Shown: in pieces, positions 25,150 to 37,505 of the stretch | How positions within the stretch are numbered: the first letter of the stretch is position 1 | Layout: each line of letters begins with the position of its first letter | Assembly: GCF_004010195.1 (NCBI RefSeq) | Contig: NC_057728.1 | Coordinates: forward strand, 53,340,174-53,404,173 | DNA: 64,000 bases | From: Chiloscyllium plagiosum | Taxonomy: Eukaryota | Reading direction: 5' to 3' | Notes under the pieces: model-generated | What the model saw: only the letters and a program-made list of their open reading frames with translations | The model's database searches: none | Told to the model about the DNA's origin: nothing | Translations under genes and position numbers: made by a program

Positions 25150-26019
25150 ATCATAAGCTGAAATTTTGGTGTCGCGAACTCTGACAGCAGAATTCAGAAA
25201 CACCATTAATCCTGAAGCTGATAATAGCTGAGCTAATTATTCTACCCAGTCACATTGCATTCAACTAATTCAACTAAACAATTTAACTTCTGGAATTGTA
25301 CAGTGATTGCAGATTGCTTCATGAAATGGTGATTTAAAAATAAAATTTAGAATCATGTTGATCATAATTATTGGACTTTCTTTTGAGATTTTTGTGACCT
25401 ACTTGATGGAGGTATTTCTCCCTCTCCCAAGCTCTAATCAGTCTTCTTCCTATTCCCCATTGCTCACTGAGTGGTAATGACAGTCTTCAAACCTGGAAAT
25501 GGTGCCATGGTGATAAAAGGCTTGGGAAGTGCTATATAAAGGCAAACCCACGTGGGTCTGCTTGTAGGCTCCCAGGACAGAGGTCTCCTTAAAGGCACCC
25601 TGTGCCGGAATGAAGGACCCGGCGTAGGGAATGGGGTTCTGCTGAGAGCCACCCCTCTGCCGTTACTGCTAAATCTCAATCCCTCTCACCTGACCCTTGA
25701 GTAGATGTTGAAGCCACTGATGTCATTGCTGAACAATGAGCAGCTGGCAGCTTCTGGGCAGGAGCCATGGTGGGTGCAGGACTTTCTGGGGTCCTTGAGT
25801 TTGGAGAAGAGCTGCCCCTGTCCAGCTAAGTGCCTGGTTTTACTAAATGGGGTGATGCAGGGCTCCGACCAGATTTGACCCCTTTCCATTCATTTCCATC
25901 CACAGAGCCACAATGGCACAGAATTAGGTCATTCAGCCCCCTGGGTCAATCTACAATGCACGGTCTGCTTTCTCAACTCATCCTTACAGGCAAGAAGCCT
26001 TGCCTGTCAAAACATTTTT

Positions 26020-26315
26020 TTTGTTCATGGGCTTTGGTCCAGCATTTGTTGCCCATCATTTATTACCCTTGAGCTGAATGGTTTACTAAACCATTTCAGA
26101 GGGCAGTTGAGAGTCATCCATATTGATGTGGGTCTGGAGTCACATGTTGGCCAGACCAGGTAAGGATGGTAGATTTCTGTCCTTGTAGAACATTAGTGAA
26201 TCAGACAGGTTTTTAACAATAATCAATGGGTGATTACATAGGTATTATTGAACTCACTTTTAATTTCAGGTAAAATTCAAATCACACTATTTGCCAGAGT
26301 GGGATTCAAACAATA
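26020..26315 (-). mobile_element. tRNA-derived SINE, family B
   Basis: gggtctggagtcacatgttggccagaccaggtaaggatgg body. Confidence 0.75.
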
Positions 26316-26730
26316 CCCAGTATGCCACCATCTGCAGCCTGGGAGTTGATGGAACTCTGTTCACACCAGGTCCTAAGGATCTGACTGGCCTTAGGCATGA
26401 ATGATAATCCCCAGCGCAGAGAAAAAAAAATGTGGTTGCTGGAAATCTGGAATAAAATCAGAAAAAAATGCAAATTTTTGAGCAGAAACACAGGAAACTC
26501 CAAGGAAAGACTTTTTTTGTGGTGAGTGATAATGGCCTGGAATTCACTGACTACAAGGACGTAGTAAGCAGGAACAATCAATTACTTCAAAAGAAAATTG
26601 AATGAGATTAAACCTGCAGGGCTGCAGGGATAGGGCAGTAAGACATGGGGCTGCCTGGATTGCTCCACAGCACAGACTTGATGAGCTAAATAGCCTTTCT
26701 CTACGGTAATGATGCTGTGATCCTATGTCA

Positions 26731-26860
26731 GGCAGCTTCTGTGGACAGAGAAACAAAGTTGATGTTTCAGGTCAATGGATAATTTTTGTGACCAATTAAA
26801 CAACCTGAAAGGTTAACTTTGTTTCCCTCTCCACAGATGCACTGCTGTTTCCAGCATTAT
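26731..26860. mobile_element. PLE-derived fold-back remnant about 80 nt upstream of exon 7
   Basis: ctgtggacagagaaacaaagttgatgtttcagg is inverted against cctgaaaggttaactttgtttccctctccacag. Confidence 0.65.
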
Positions 26861-26939
26861 TTCCCCTTATTATTAATGATAGTGGCTGATTAGTTATCAA
26901 CTTCAGAACTTCTGATCTGATTTACTCATACCATTGCAG

Positions 26940-27078
26940 ACTGGGCTTGAGTTTCAATGAGATTTTCAGTGTGGATAATGGCTCACTAGACAATGCACCA
27001 TACCTGAGGGAACTTCACATGGACAACAACGCCCTCATCAAAGTGCCAGCTGGCTTGGCTGACCATCGGTTTATCCAG
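26940..27078 (+). CDS. DCN: Decorin-like exon (DCN exon 7 equivalent)
   Basis: Acceptor ccattgcag|A, donor CAG|gtatgt; 139 nt, phase 2 to 0. Encodes (R)[46 protein letters not shown]. Confidence 0.95.
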
Positions 27079-27254
27079 GTATGTAGTAAATGGCATGTCC
27101 AACAGTGGTATATTTGTTTTGACGATCCTGTGTTTAAACAGTTTGTGCTCTTTGGTTTTTTTATTAAACTGACCATAATTTTTAAGAGGGACATTTAAAG
27201 AAAATTTTCTTCACTTGAATCAGGTCCACTTTCCATAGCACTGCCTTGGCCAAT

Positions 27255-27375
27255 TCAAGTTCATTTACCAGCAGCCTTTCCTCATTGTTGTTCCTTTTGA
27301 AATTTGGCATTCTTGCATTTGTCCTGATGGATGCAAGGTGAAATGCTTCGACAGTGCCTCTCTAGTTTTCATTAC
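27255..27375 (+). mobile_element. PLE terminal fragment (third family) with degenerate hammerhead at 27320-27353
   Basis: UGUC CUGAUGG au gcaag gu GAAA ugcu UC GACA: 4-bp stem I, A9 mutated to G. Confidence 0.55.
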
Positions 27376-28049
27376 TACTCTTTTTTTTTTAGAATGTTAA
27401 TTCTCAAGATATGATGGTGACCAGCAACTGTTGGGATTTATTCTCTATCCTGAGTTAAGAAATAGGAGTAAGGGGTAGACTATTCAGTTCCTCGTATCTG
27501 CTTCACTATTCAACATGATCATGCCTTCAACTCTACATTCCCAGGGATATCCTATCATTACAACTGAATGGTTTGTTGGGCCATTTCCTGGGATATTAAA
27601 TACAGGCAAGTGGGAATAGTTTAGGTTGGGAAACTTGGTTGGCATGGGCGAGTTGCACCAAAGGGTTTGTTTCCATGCTGTATTACTTTATGATTCTGTG
27701 ACTCAAACCTATTGCTGTGGAGTCACATGCAGAGCAGACTGGGTTCAGACAGCAGCTTTTCTTCCAAAGGACGTTTGGGCTTGTGCAATAGACAGCTTCA
27801 GTCATTTTTACTGTTCCCAACTCTTGTTATTCCTGGATTCCTTCAGACATACCTTGATGTTTCCACATCAGTGACTCATGATTCAAAAGATCTTCCCCCT
27901 GAAGTTGTGGATTAATTCTTCATGTGAGGTGTCAGTTATCACTCAGTGGGTAGGATGGTTCTAGGGATAGTTCTGTTACATGGATAGACTGGAGAAACTG
28001 GGTTGTTATCCTTGGAGAAGGAAGAATGTTGACTGTATCCAACAATCCT

Positions 28050-28556
28050 ATGATTGCAAAACATACTACACTGTTCAACATGAGTTGTGATTCTGCAATT
28101 GGACAACATTTACTGGATAATCCTGAGTGTGCAAAGACATATACTGACATCTAATTTAGTTCCTAGTGTGATGCACAATCGTGGACTGCAAGTTATAAAT
28201 ATTAATATACAGGTCCTGCTGTTTGCAGACTGAAAGAACCTGTATAAGGACTATATGTGTTTTAACTCAGTAAAATAGGTGACAGACATTCATGTATTTC
28301 TCAAGGCAATGCATTGACCAGTCAGAATTGACTGGCCTGGTTTAAAGTTTAAACAAAGCCTGGCAGTTAACTGTCAATCAGCAGTAATGGTGGCATTCTG
28401 CATGACAATACCTTTGCCAATGAGAGACCAATTTGCGAACCAATCAACATTCTTCTCTCATGCAGTATACATGGTGGATTTCCCCTTGATTAGATATTTC
28501 TTGCAAAATGTCCAGAAGTGGAAAGTATAATTGACAAAATGTATCTCTTTTCAGCA
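28050..28556 (+). mobile_element. Penelope-like element relic (GIY-YIG C-terminus plus 3' UTR)
   Basis: Encodes CDSAIGQHLLDNPECAKTYTD; 3' end resembles 27290-27375. Confidence 0.65.
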
Positions 28557-28902
28557 ATGAGAAGAAAGTGTTCAGAAGAGATTTGATAGAGTGTTCGAAA
28601 TCGTAACGGGCCAGGAGAGAGCAGATAGGGAAAAGCAATTCCACATTTGAGTGGAGTCGAAAACTAGAGGATAAACACTTTTAAGGAGTTTGGCAAAAGA
28701 ACCAATAACACCGTGAGGAGTAATATTTCTACCCTGTGAGTAGATAGGATCCAGATTGCACCTTCTGAGAATGTGGAGGAGGCCGATTGAATCACAAAAC
28801 AATAATAGATAAGGACTATCACAACCAAGGTCATAGACTCATCGAGTTTAACTAGCTCATACAGGCATGATGGGCTGAATGGCTTCCTTCTGTGATGAAG
28901 GA

Positions 28903-29128
28903 TGAAATAACTGCAAAGAGGTTGGTACCCCGTCACCAAGTCACTCTTTATTTACATAGGTACAGTACACTGCCTATGGCCAGCCAGCTCGGAGTTAGTC
29001 CCTGAAGTGAGGAAATTCTCTGAATTCCCTGTTTAAATCGTTCAGCCAGGGTTCCCTGATTGACCCAGGTTAACAACCCCGATAGAGGATCTCACAGTCA
29101 GTAAGATCCACCTGGTTCAATCAATACA
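28903..29128 (-). mobile_element. Short solo-LTR-like element related to 24956-25149
   Basis: Minus strand reads tgtattg...ttatttca, with aaataaagagtgacttggtgacgg and aatcagggaacc motifs shared with the other copy. Confidence 0.5.
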
Positions 29129-29441
29129 AAAGTCTTCTATGATTCGAGGTAGATACATTTGGTGACTTGCCCACCTTTTGACTCTCAATCAAGATTGTTA
29201 TAATAAAGTCTCCAGCACAGAAAAAAAAGACCATTCAGCCCAACAAGTATGTGCTAGTCACAAACAAGCATCTTAACACATTTCATTATTATTCTCTCAT
29301 GTATGGAAGCAAATTATGCATCTTGGATGACAACGTTTCAGGGAAAAAAACGTATTGCATTTGTACTCTGGGGATGTTTAAAGAAATGCTGTTTTGTTTC
29401 CATTTTGCTAATTGCTGTCTTTGCCAACATTTCCCCTACAG

Positions 29442-29636
29442 GTGGTGTATCTCCATAACAACCTGATTACAGCAGTGGGCGTTAATGACTTCTGTGGGCT
29501 CGATTACTATGTAAAGAAGAACCTGTATTCGGGGATTAGCCTCTTCAATAACCCTGTCCCATACTGGGAGATCCAGCCAATTACTTTCCGCTGTGCCACG
29601 AATCGCGCAGCCATCCAGCTCGGCAACTTTAAGTAA
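29442..29636 (+). CDS. DCN: Decorin-like terminal coding exon (ear repeat, C-terminal Cys pair, stop)
   Basis: Acceptor ttcccctacag|GTG. Encodes [64 protein letters not shown], with TAA ending at 29636; class I SLRP C-terminus. Confidence 0.95.
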   Translation: MVYLHNNLITAVGVNDFCGLDYYVKKNLYSGISLFNNPVPYWEIQPITFRCATNRAAIQLGNFK

Positions 29637-30295
29637 AACCTTTTCCAGTTGGTGAGGAGGAGAATTCGCATGCAGTGCTGAGTACCCCTTGTACAATTTA
29701 AAGCAATAGAAACTTAATAAGACCAAACATTCCCAAGAGCTGCCCGGAGGTGCAAGCCTACATCTGACCAAAAAGAAAAGGTGCTACTAAAATACCTTCA
29801 TTATCTTCCTGACCTAAATATAGAAACGAGCATTTTTGCAAGCTTTTATTTCCCAGCCGTACACTTACTCCTAGAGGCGCTAGTGTGTTTCATGTTCCAA
29901 ATGAACTCCTCCCATCAGCCAGTAATTTATTATCCATTGCTTACAGTGACCTGTCAGCCACATCCTGTGGCTAATCATTCCTTGTCCACCCTTTGAGGGA
30001 GGTGTATTGCTAAATATCACACTGTTCGCTTTTCTAAGTGATGACCCCCCCAGCCAAATTCTTCAACATTTCCTTGGAAATGCTTCTTGTCTGGTTCCTG
30101 GTGAAAGCCTTTGTGTATTGGGTGGGGTAGGGAAGGCAAGGGGAAGAGACGGTTTGATTGATTGAAGTTTGTGGCTCTCCCATTCTTTGCAAACTGTATG
30201 TATCATAAGCAGCATGTTGGTGCTCATCTGGTTAAAATGAGAACTATACAAAAATATATCATAAGCTCCAGTTCTGGTCTCATCGGATTCATTCT
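29637..30295 (+). other. Probable proximal 3' UTR of the decorin-like gene (3' end undefined)
   Basis: Apparently non-repetitive sequence between the stop codon and an antisense L2 remnant; no AATAAA or ATTAAA seen. Confidence 0.5.
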
Positions 30296-30297
30296 TT

Positions 30298-30675
30298 TCA
30301 ACAACAACTTGCGTTTATAGAGCACCTCTAATGTAACAGAGTACCTCAAGGCACCTCACAGGATCATTGTAAAACAAAATGCAAAACCAAGCCATGTTTT
30401 TTGCAATTAGGGGAGATGACCAGGAGCTTGGTCAAAGAGGTAGGTCTTAAATAGAGTCTTCAAGGAGTGAAGTAAAGCAGAGAGGAAGTAGGTTGGTACT
30501 ACAGTGCTTGGCTCCTATATGCAGCTGAAGATATTCAGTGGAGGAGCAACTAAAATTAAGGAGGCTGAAGAGGCCAAAATGAGATGAGTGTAGACTTTGA
30601 GAGAAAATGACAGGGATTGGTAGAGGCAAAGCTATGCAGAGATCTGAAAGTAATGACAAGAATGTGAACATTGCT
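30298..30675 (-). mobile_element. L2 LINE 3' fragment
   Basis: acaacaacttgcgtttatagagcacc...agcttggtcaaagaggtaggtcttaa; similar copy at about 43245-43570. Confidence 0.7.
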
Positions 30676-31145
30676 TGACCTGTGTGGATGAACACGGACA
30701 GGGACATCCCAAAAGTGACCAGGACCCAAAGGGTCTGTTTCCATGCTGTATGACTCCATGACTGAGGTAATTCACAGGGAGCAGAGTTCATGATTATGGA
30801 GGATAGAACATGGGAGTTGTGTGAGTATGAGCAGGATGAATGTGTTCACAGCCGGCAAACATGTGACTTGTGACAACATTGGGATCTTGCTGAAGTTAAA
30901 CAATAAGCTATCATTAGCAATCTGTTTCCCAAATATACTGAGAGCCAGTCTGATTGCAGGATGGGAAAGTCTAAGGGTTTTTTCGTATTTGTTCATGGGA
31001 TGTGGGTGTTGTTGGCTGGGCAGCATTTATTGCCCATCTTTAATTGGTCTTGTATCGCAGAATTATTACAGAGCCCTGGCTCTATTGTTTATTCTGGCTC
31101 TATTAATGAATCTCCTTGAGAAGGTGATGGTGAGCTGTCTTCTTT

Positions 31146-31796
31146 TGATTAGATTCCCTACAGTGTGGAAACAGGCTCTTCAGCCCAACTAGTCTGCACC
31201 GACCCTCTGAGGAGTAACCCACCCAGACCCATTCCCCATATTTACCCCTGACTAATGTACCTACCTCTATGGGCAATTTAGCATGACCAATTCACCTAAC
31301 CTGCACATCTTTGGAATGTGGGCGGAAACTGGAGCACCCGGAGGAAACTCACGCAGACACGGGGAGAATGTGCAAACTCCACACAGACAGTTGCCCGAGG
31401 CTGGAATTGAACCCGGGTCCCTGTTCTGGTTTTAATTTGCTGAGAGAGTCCAAATTGCTATGGCAATATGCACATGTTGATGGTGTATTCAAAAACTATA
31501 GATTGTAATCACAGACTTCCTACAGTGTGGAAGCAGACCATTTGGCCCATCAAGTCGACACCACTCCTCCAAATAGCATCCCATCTAGACACACCCCACC
31601 GTACCTTGTAACTCTGCATTTCCCATGACCAATCCACCTAATCTGCACATCTTTAGACTGTGGGAGGAAACCAGAGCATCCAAAGGAAACTCACACAAAC
31701 ATGGGAAGAATGTGCAAACTCCACACAGACAAAAAACCTGAGGGTGGAATTGAACCCGGGTCCCTGGCGCTATGCCAACCACTGAGCTACCATGCC
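31146..31796 (-). mobile_element. Two tandem HE1-type V-SINEs (31146-31421 and 31516-31796)
   Basis: Both show ggagaatgtgcaaactccacacagaca-type V-domains and the B-box gaattgaacccggg. Confidence 0.9.
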
Positions 31797-33110
31797 TTTA
31801 TAATGGAAGAGGTTCTGGTAACCTTCTCATCACTTGGCCGACCAGGAATCTCTCCATCTTGTACTGTGTGCCTTTGGCATGTTGTGGAAGGATTGAAAAG
31901 TTGGTATTTATAAATATACCTTCCTTGGCCATCAAATCCTGGACTGGGGATCAAACCTGAAGCTTCTTGCCCAGAGGCAGGGAAGTTACCCACTGTGCTA
32001 GTGGTCCTCTCTAAAGCCCAAGGTAGAAAGCTCCAACCAGACCTGGTTACCAACAATTGAGGATTGGAATATGGTGGGTTGGGGGTTTAATGGAGGGAGT
32101 TGGCTGCAAAGAGTAGAGGTTGCTGGGGCTGGGGAGGAGCGACTGCATGGGGAAGATGTGGGAAGGGCAGATTGACTGAGAGGTTATGATTCCATTATGG
32201 TAGTGTGTTCTGTCTCAAAGTAGATGAGCAATATGTATTATTAGGTCACATGACACAATGATGACATAACAAGCATGACCCTTTCAGTATATTGCGCAGC
32301 TACTGTGAGACAGAACACAACAGGGAGAGAATGTGGGGCAGTGCTAATTGCTCATTCACCGTGAGGCAGAGACCACACAAGGACAAATAGTGATGGAGGG
32401 TTTGTTGGCATGGGACTGAATTCCCTGACTACCAGCAGTGCTGGAAGAGCTCTTCTCTACTGCAATCAGCAGCTCCCACTTCAGTTATTGTTTCTTGAGC
32501 CTTTCATAACTCAGGCCAAATTTGTTCATTTTAAATGGTTGTCAAAACCTGAGAAGGTGTTTTTTTGATTAAAAAAAATACTAGATGATCTGTTTACTCA
32601 GATGTCCAAAACCAGAAGTTGGTATGTTCATGATGAATTGGGAGCCAGACTTCACCATTTTTTTACAGATTTAATCCTTTGTCCCTTTCCCTACTATCGT
32701 ACAGGATAAGATTCCATACAGGGGACTCTAATGTTGGTTCAAATTTAATAAGGCCTCTCAGATTGCGCCAGACTCTATATATGGTAAATGCAAGGGGAAG
32801 GGGACAGGTCCCAATACTATATGACCTCCTTTCAGAAAGGACCATTATTTCCACTAATACTCAGGCCTGACTGCCACATTTCTTTGCAATAAGTGGGGTT
32901 GAACACAAGGACAAGTGGGAGGGGTGGCAAAATTATCAGAACTTTTGGCCCTAGCCCCTACCACAGAAAATAGCAGCAGAAATAGGACATTTGGCTCTCC
33001 CATTTAATATAATCTCAGCTGTTCATCCAACCCTTTGGCACTCAAGGAGCATACAAGAAACAGTTGGTTGAATAGGGCAGGGTGGGAGTGAACTGTAATT
33101 CCACATTGAT

Positions 33111-33194
33111 TGGAGAGACACAAAAATACTGCAGATGCTGGATTCCAAGGTAGACAAACAGGAGGCTGTGTTCTTCCAGCTCCTACTTGTCTAC
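33111..33194. mobile_element. 84-bp fold-back insertion (PLE-terminus-like) with 12-bp TSD
   Basis: TSD ttccacattgat at 33099-33110 and 33195-33206; hairpin gtagacaa.caggag.ctg / cagctcct.cttgtctac; actgcagatgctgga terminus shared with other PLE copies. Confidence 0.75.
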
Positions 33195-34206
33195 TTCCAC
33201 ATTGATGGGGCAGGCCTTTAGCAAGAGGTTATTTGATACTTCCTCTCATTACCACCACTAATTCATTCAGTTTGAGAGTGAAGAAAGCCCTGCTATGAGT
33301 TAAAAGTTCAGTATGTATTCTTATTTATTCATTCATGGGATGTGGGCATCACTGACTATGCCAACACTTGTGCCAATACATAATTGCTCTTAAGAAGGTG
33401 GTGGTGAGCTAACTTGATTCTTGAACTACTGCAGTGTATGTGGTGTTAACCCCTAATATCTGGTTTGGAAGGAAGTTACAGGATTTCTGGAGGTAATTAT
33501 TCATGAGCTCTCTGTGTTTAACTAGTATGCTATCTCTCATAATGTGAACACTGAGACTAACCGAGAATAAGTATCAGGGGTTTTACTTGCAGACCAACAA
33601 AATAAAATACAACTTGAAGACAGTCTGGGCTAAAGCTGGTTAGCTAAGATTTCCATGATGGATCGCAAAACACTTTTCCAGATATAACTGTTGCCTTTAT
33701 ACATGAATATCATATGGTATAATATACACTGATCTCATCACTTAACCCTCTGAGTTAAACATGCATGCTTGCCAGATCATTGATATATGCAATATCATAT
33801 CAATTGTATTTATTTTCAATGAAAAATGCCGAGAGGCACCTTCATTCATTTTCTCACAATAATGGAAGATCTCGAAGGGATTGAGGTCAGCCTCTTCACA
33901 CAAACAGGCCTCAGTGAGTTCCAAACAAGATGCTTCCTGGTCAACGCATTCGACATAGATAATTTCTAATCAAATTGTAAGCAACACCTCTGGAGTAGGT
34001 AGGACTTGAACCTGAGCCGCCTGGCTCAGAGGTAAGGACACTGCCACTGCAACACAAGGACAATCTCAGCCTGCTCTCCCCCTCCTCCACTCCACCCCAA
34101 CCCAGTCAGCATAGTCAAACTGATTTAACAATGAACATCAGACTCATGGGGCACTGGTGCAAGGCTAGACATTTCTCCTCATAGGATTATAAATACTGTG
34201 GATAGG

Positions 34207-34913
34207 AGTGGTACAGTGGCTAGCACTGCTGCCTTACAGCACCCAGAATCTGGGTTCAATTCCCACCTCAGGTGACTGTCTGTGTGGAGGTTGAACATCC
34301 TCCCTGTGTCTGTGTGGGTTTCCTCCCACAATCCAAAGATACATGGGCCAAGTGAATTGGCCATGCTAAATTTCCCATTGTGTTAGGTGCATTAGTCAGA
34401 GGTAAGTATAGGGTAGGGGAATGGGTGTGGGTGGGTTATTCTTGCAGAGGGTCGGTGTGGACTTGTTGGGCTGAATGACCTTTTCCATACTGTAGGGAAT
34501 CTAATCTAACTATTAGAAATGTGGGAGAGGGTGAATTGTGACTTTGAAAAATGAGATCAATTCACACTGATGCTGAGGGAGAATCTGTGGGTAACACAAC
34601 TATTTATAGCAAGGGAGGCACAGTGGCTCAGTGGTTAGCATCGCTGTCTGATAGTGCCAGAGACCTGGGTTCAAATCCACCCTCAGGCCGTGTCTGTATG
34701 GGTTTTCACTGTGTGCTCTGGTTTCCTCTCTTAGTCCAAAGATGTGCATGTTAGGTGAAATGACCATGCTAAATTGCCCTTAGTATTCAGGGATATGGAG
34801 GCCAGGTGGGTTTACCAATGGAAATGCATGTTTACAGGGGTGGATCTGGGTGCGATGCTCTTTGGAGGGTTGGTGCAGGCCTAATGGCCTGCTTCCACAC
34901 TGTAAGGATTCTA
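34207..34913 (+). mobile_element. Two HE1-type V-SINEs (34207-34510 and 34614-34913)
   Basis: tRNA heads with gggttcaa(t/a)tcc B-boxes, V-domains and CR1-like tails. Confidence 0.85.
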
Positions 34914-35163
34914 TTGCAGCAGAATGTGAAGGTCCATGGAAGAGCAGAAGTGTTTCCTACATGGCCTTAAAGCTCCTCTTTGTATGATGCTCTGTGACAT
35001 TAGTAGAGAATGGATGAAAAGTTTATGAAATTCTTCCAATCACTTCTTTAACAGACGTTCTTTATGCAGAAAGATGAAGTAAGAAAGTAGACTCAAAACC
35101 CTTAAATGTGGTCGTTATGAGAATTGGTCAGTATCAACTCATAGCAAGGTTGGAAGTGTCAGT

Positions 35164-36663
35164 TGTTATTACCAGTCCCTGGGTGAGGCTCCCCAATATC
35201 TCCTGGTTCCAGATAGGATACCCTAAATGTTCAAGCCCCTGGGTGAGGGGAGATGGACTGGCTCCCGTCAATGGAAAAAGGTTAGTTTAAAAAGAATCCT
35301 CTCCCTTGGAGCTGCATTTCTCTCAGATTGAATGAGTTTTAACCAGGATTTCTTAAGTTAAGAAAGCAGTTGTGTTTATTTATTATTAAATACAAGAAGC
35401 TATCAGCATGCAAAACACTCCCTAAAGCCCGTCCACCATCTAGAAGGCACAAGTCAAGAGTGTGATGCAATTGTCCCACTTACCTGGATTGGTGCAGCTC
35501 CAACAACACTCAAGAAGCTTGACACCGTCTAGGACAATGCAGCCCGCTTGATTTGCACCATATCCACAAACATTTATTCCCTCTACCACTGATGCTCATT
35601 AGCAGCAGTGTGTACTATCTACAATGCACACTACAGGAATTCACCTTGGATAACAGTGTTGAAAACCACAACCACTACCATCTGGAAGGACAAAGGCATA
35701 ATATACATGGGAACACAACCAACTGCAAATCTCCTCCAAGCCACACACTATCCTAGCTTGGAAATTGTATCATCATTTCTTCAGCGTCGCTAGGTCAAAA
35801 CCATGGAACTCCCTCTCAAATGGCATTGTGGTACCCCACTACCACATTCTCAAGGGCAATTAGGGATGGGCAAAAAAGCCAGCCAGCCAGTGATGGCTAC
35901 ATCACATTAGTGAATTAAAAGCAATGTACACATAGATTTGAAATCAGAGATGAGTTCAAAAGATAAAAATGAAAAACAAATTTCAAATCAGATTGTGAGG
36001 TCAGTGAAGTGCAAATGATGGGCCTTTGCATCCATTTCATTGGGTGATGCTGCTAACATTGATGCTGATGTTAAGCAGCTGATTTCAAGATTCTTAGATT
36101 TGCAGGTTAACAGAAATTCTTTTGTCCTGCTTCCTTTCAGTGATGACTGGCTTGAAGCAAACAAAACAGAATGTTGCCTTTATCTTTTACCTGCAATGCA
36201 GGGATGTTTAATGGCTGGCCTCAAGCTGTGACCTTCACAGCATAGTAGTCCACACACACTAGTATATAAGATTGCAAATATATGACACACACCATTGGAT
36301 TCTGACCCTTCTTTAGTACATTCCAGAAAGGGTAAAGACACAAGCATGTATTTTGATTCAAAACCCCAGTCTGGAGTATAATCCACAGGAGATGTTTTCC
36401 TGCTGAGAGGAGGTAATTAGATTGTCTTGAACTTCTGCATTTTGACATTTCTTTCTCTTTGAAACCTCCTTGGACCCTATAATATGTAACATTCCAGGGT
36501 TCGCACAGGAAATCTTTCAGTAGGCAGTGAATTAACTGCTTCAAAGTTACAGTCTCAGCCAGGACTGGCTTGCAATCTTTTTTTTTTAAATCAAAAAAAC
36601 GTATCATCTCCAAAAGTTCAATATGTTTTTAATAAATCAAGATTCTGAGCCATTGTCATGACA
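35164..36663 (-). mobile_element. Putative solo LTR carrying a nested family B LINE fragment (35420-35920, + strand)
   Basis: Ends tgttat...atgaca; flanks cagt and tagt (4-bp TSD, 1 mismatch); antisense AATAAA near 35376. The nested LINE fragment is unambiguous, the LTR call is tentative. Confidence 0.45.
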
Positions 36664-37334
36664 TAGTTGTGAGGCAATGTGCTATCTTTATATGAAAACC
36701 AAGTCATTCTCAATTCAATAGATGGGAACGAATAAATAAATGTAAATAAAAATTAAATTTCCTCCCTCCATTTTGACAAAATTGACCTTTTTCACTGCAG
36801 AGTAACCTCACAAATTCCTTTACTGTCTGGTGAAACAATACACACCCATTCCAATCATTATAACCCTTATTGTTATTTCACATTAATATTTTGACAAGTG
36901 TACATTATTTGATGCAACACTGAGGGATGAAGGTCGATAATGCCACAAACTTTGTTTGGCCTACTTTGAACTCCAACTCAATAAACCCTCTGCCTGAAGA
37001 AGTGAGACCTCATTCCTGGGCCGATGCCATCACTAATAAACTTTTCTCAAAACCACACATTCTGTGCTCTCTGATGTTCCCTCACAATGGCCCACATGTG
37101 TCCGGGAAAAACCAGATTATCAGAGCTGGAGGCATATTTTTCACTAACTCATTTCCTCTGGCAAGTGTTGGATGTGACAATCATCCTTGGCCAGGGAATC
37201 AAAAGTTTTTCTTTCTGCTGAGGATTTTTCCATTTGAATCCTTCGGTACTTTTTCAAGTTTAAAAAAAGATGAAATCTAGAAGAATCTTTGGTCAGCCTT
37301 GTTGGAACAGAACCCATTTGACTCCCAGTGCCTT

Positions 37335-37505
37335 TGGCACAATCCTTCATTCTCTTATCCAACCTCAAGCTGTCCAAAAGTACTTTACAGCCAATAAAGC
37401 ACTTTAGAAGAACAAACCCTGTTACAATATAGGAAACACATTCTGCACCCAGCAGGATCCCACGGTCAGCAACATGATAATCTGTTGGTTGAGGGACAAA
37501 TACAA
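37335..37505 (-). mobile_element. Deu-domain-like SINE 3' part
   Basis: ctttacagccaataaagcacttt...gttacaatataggaaacac...tgttggttgagggacaaata is the reverse complement of the motifs at 8630-8660 and 9180-9290. Confidence 0.6.
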
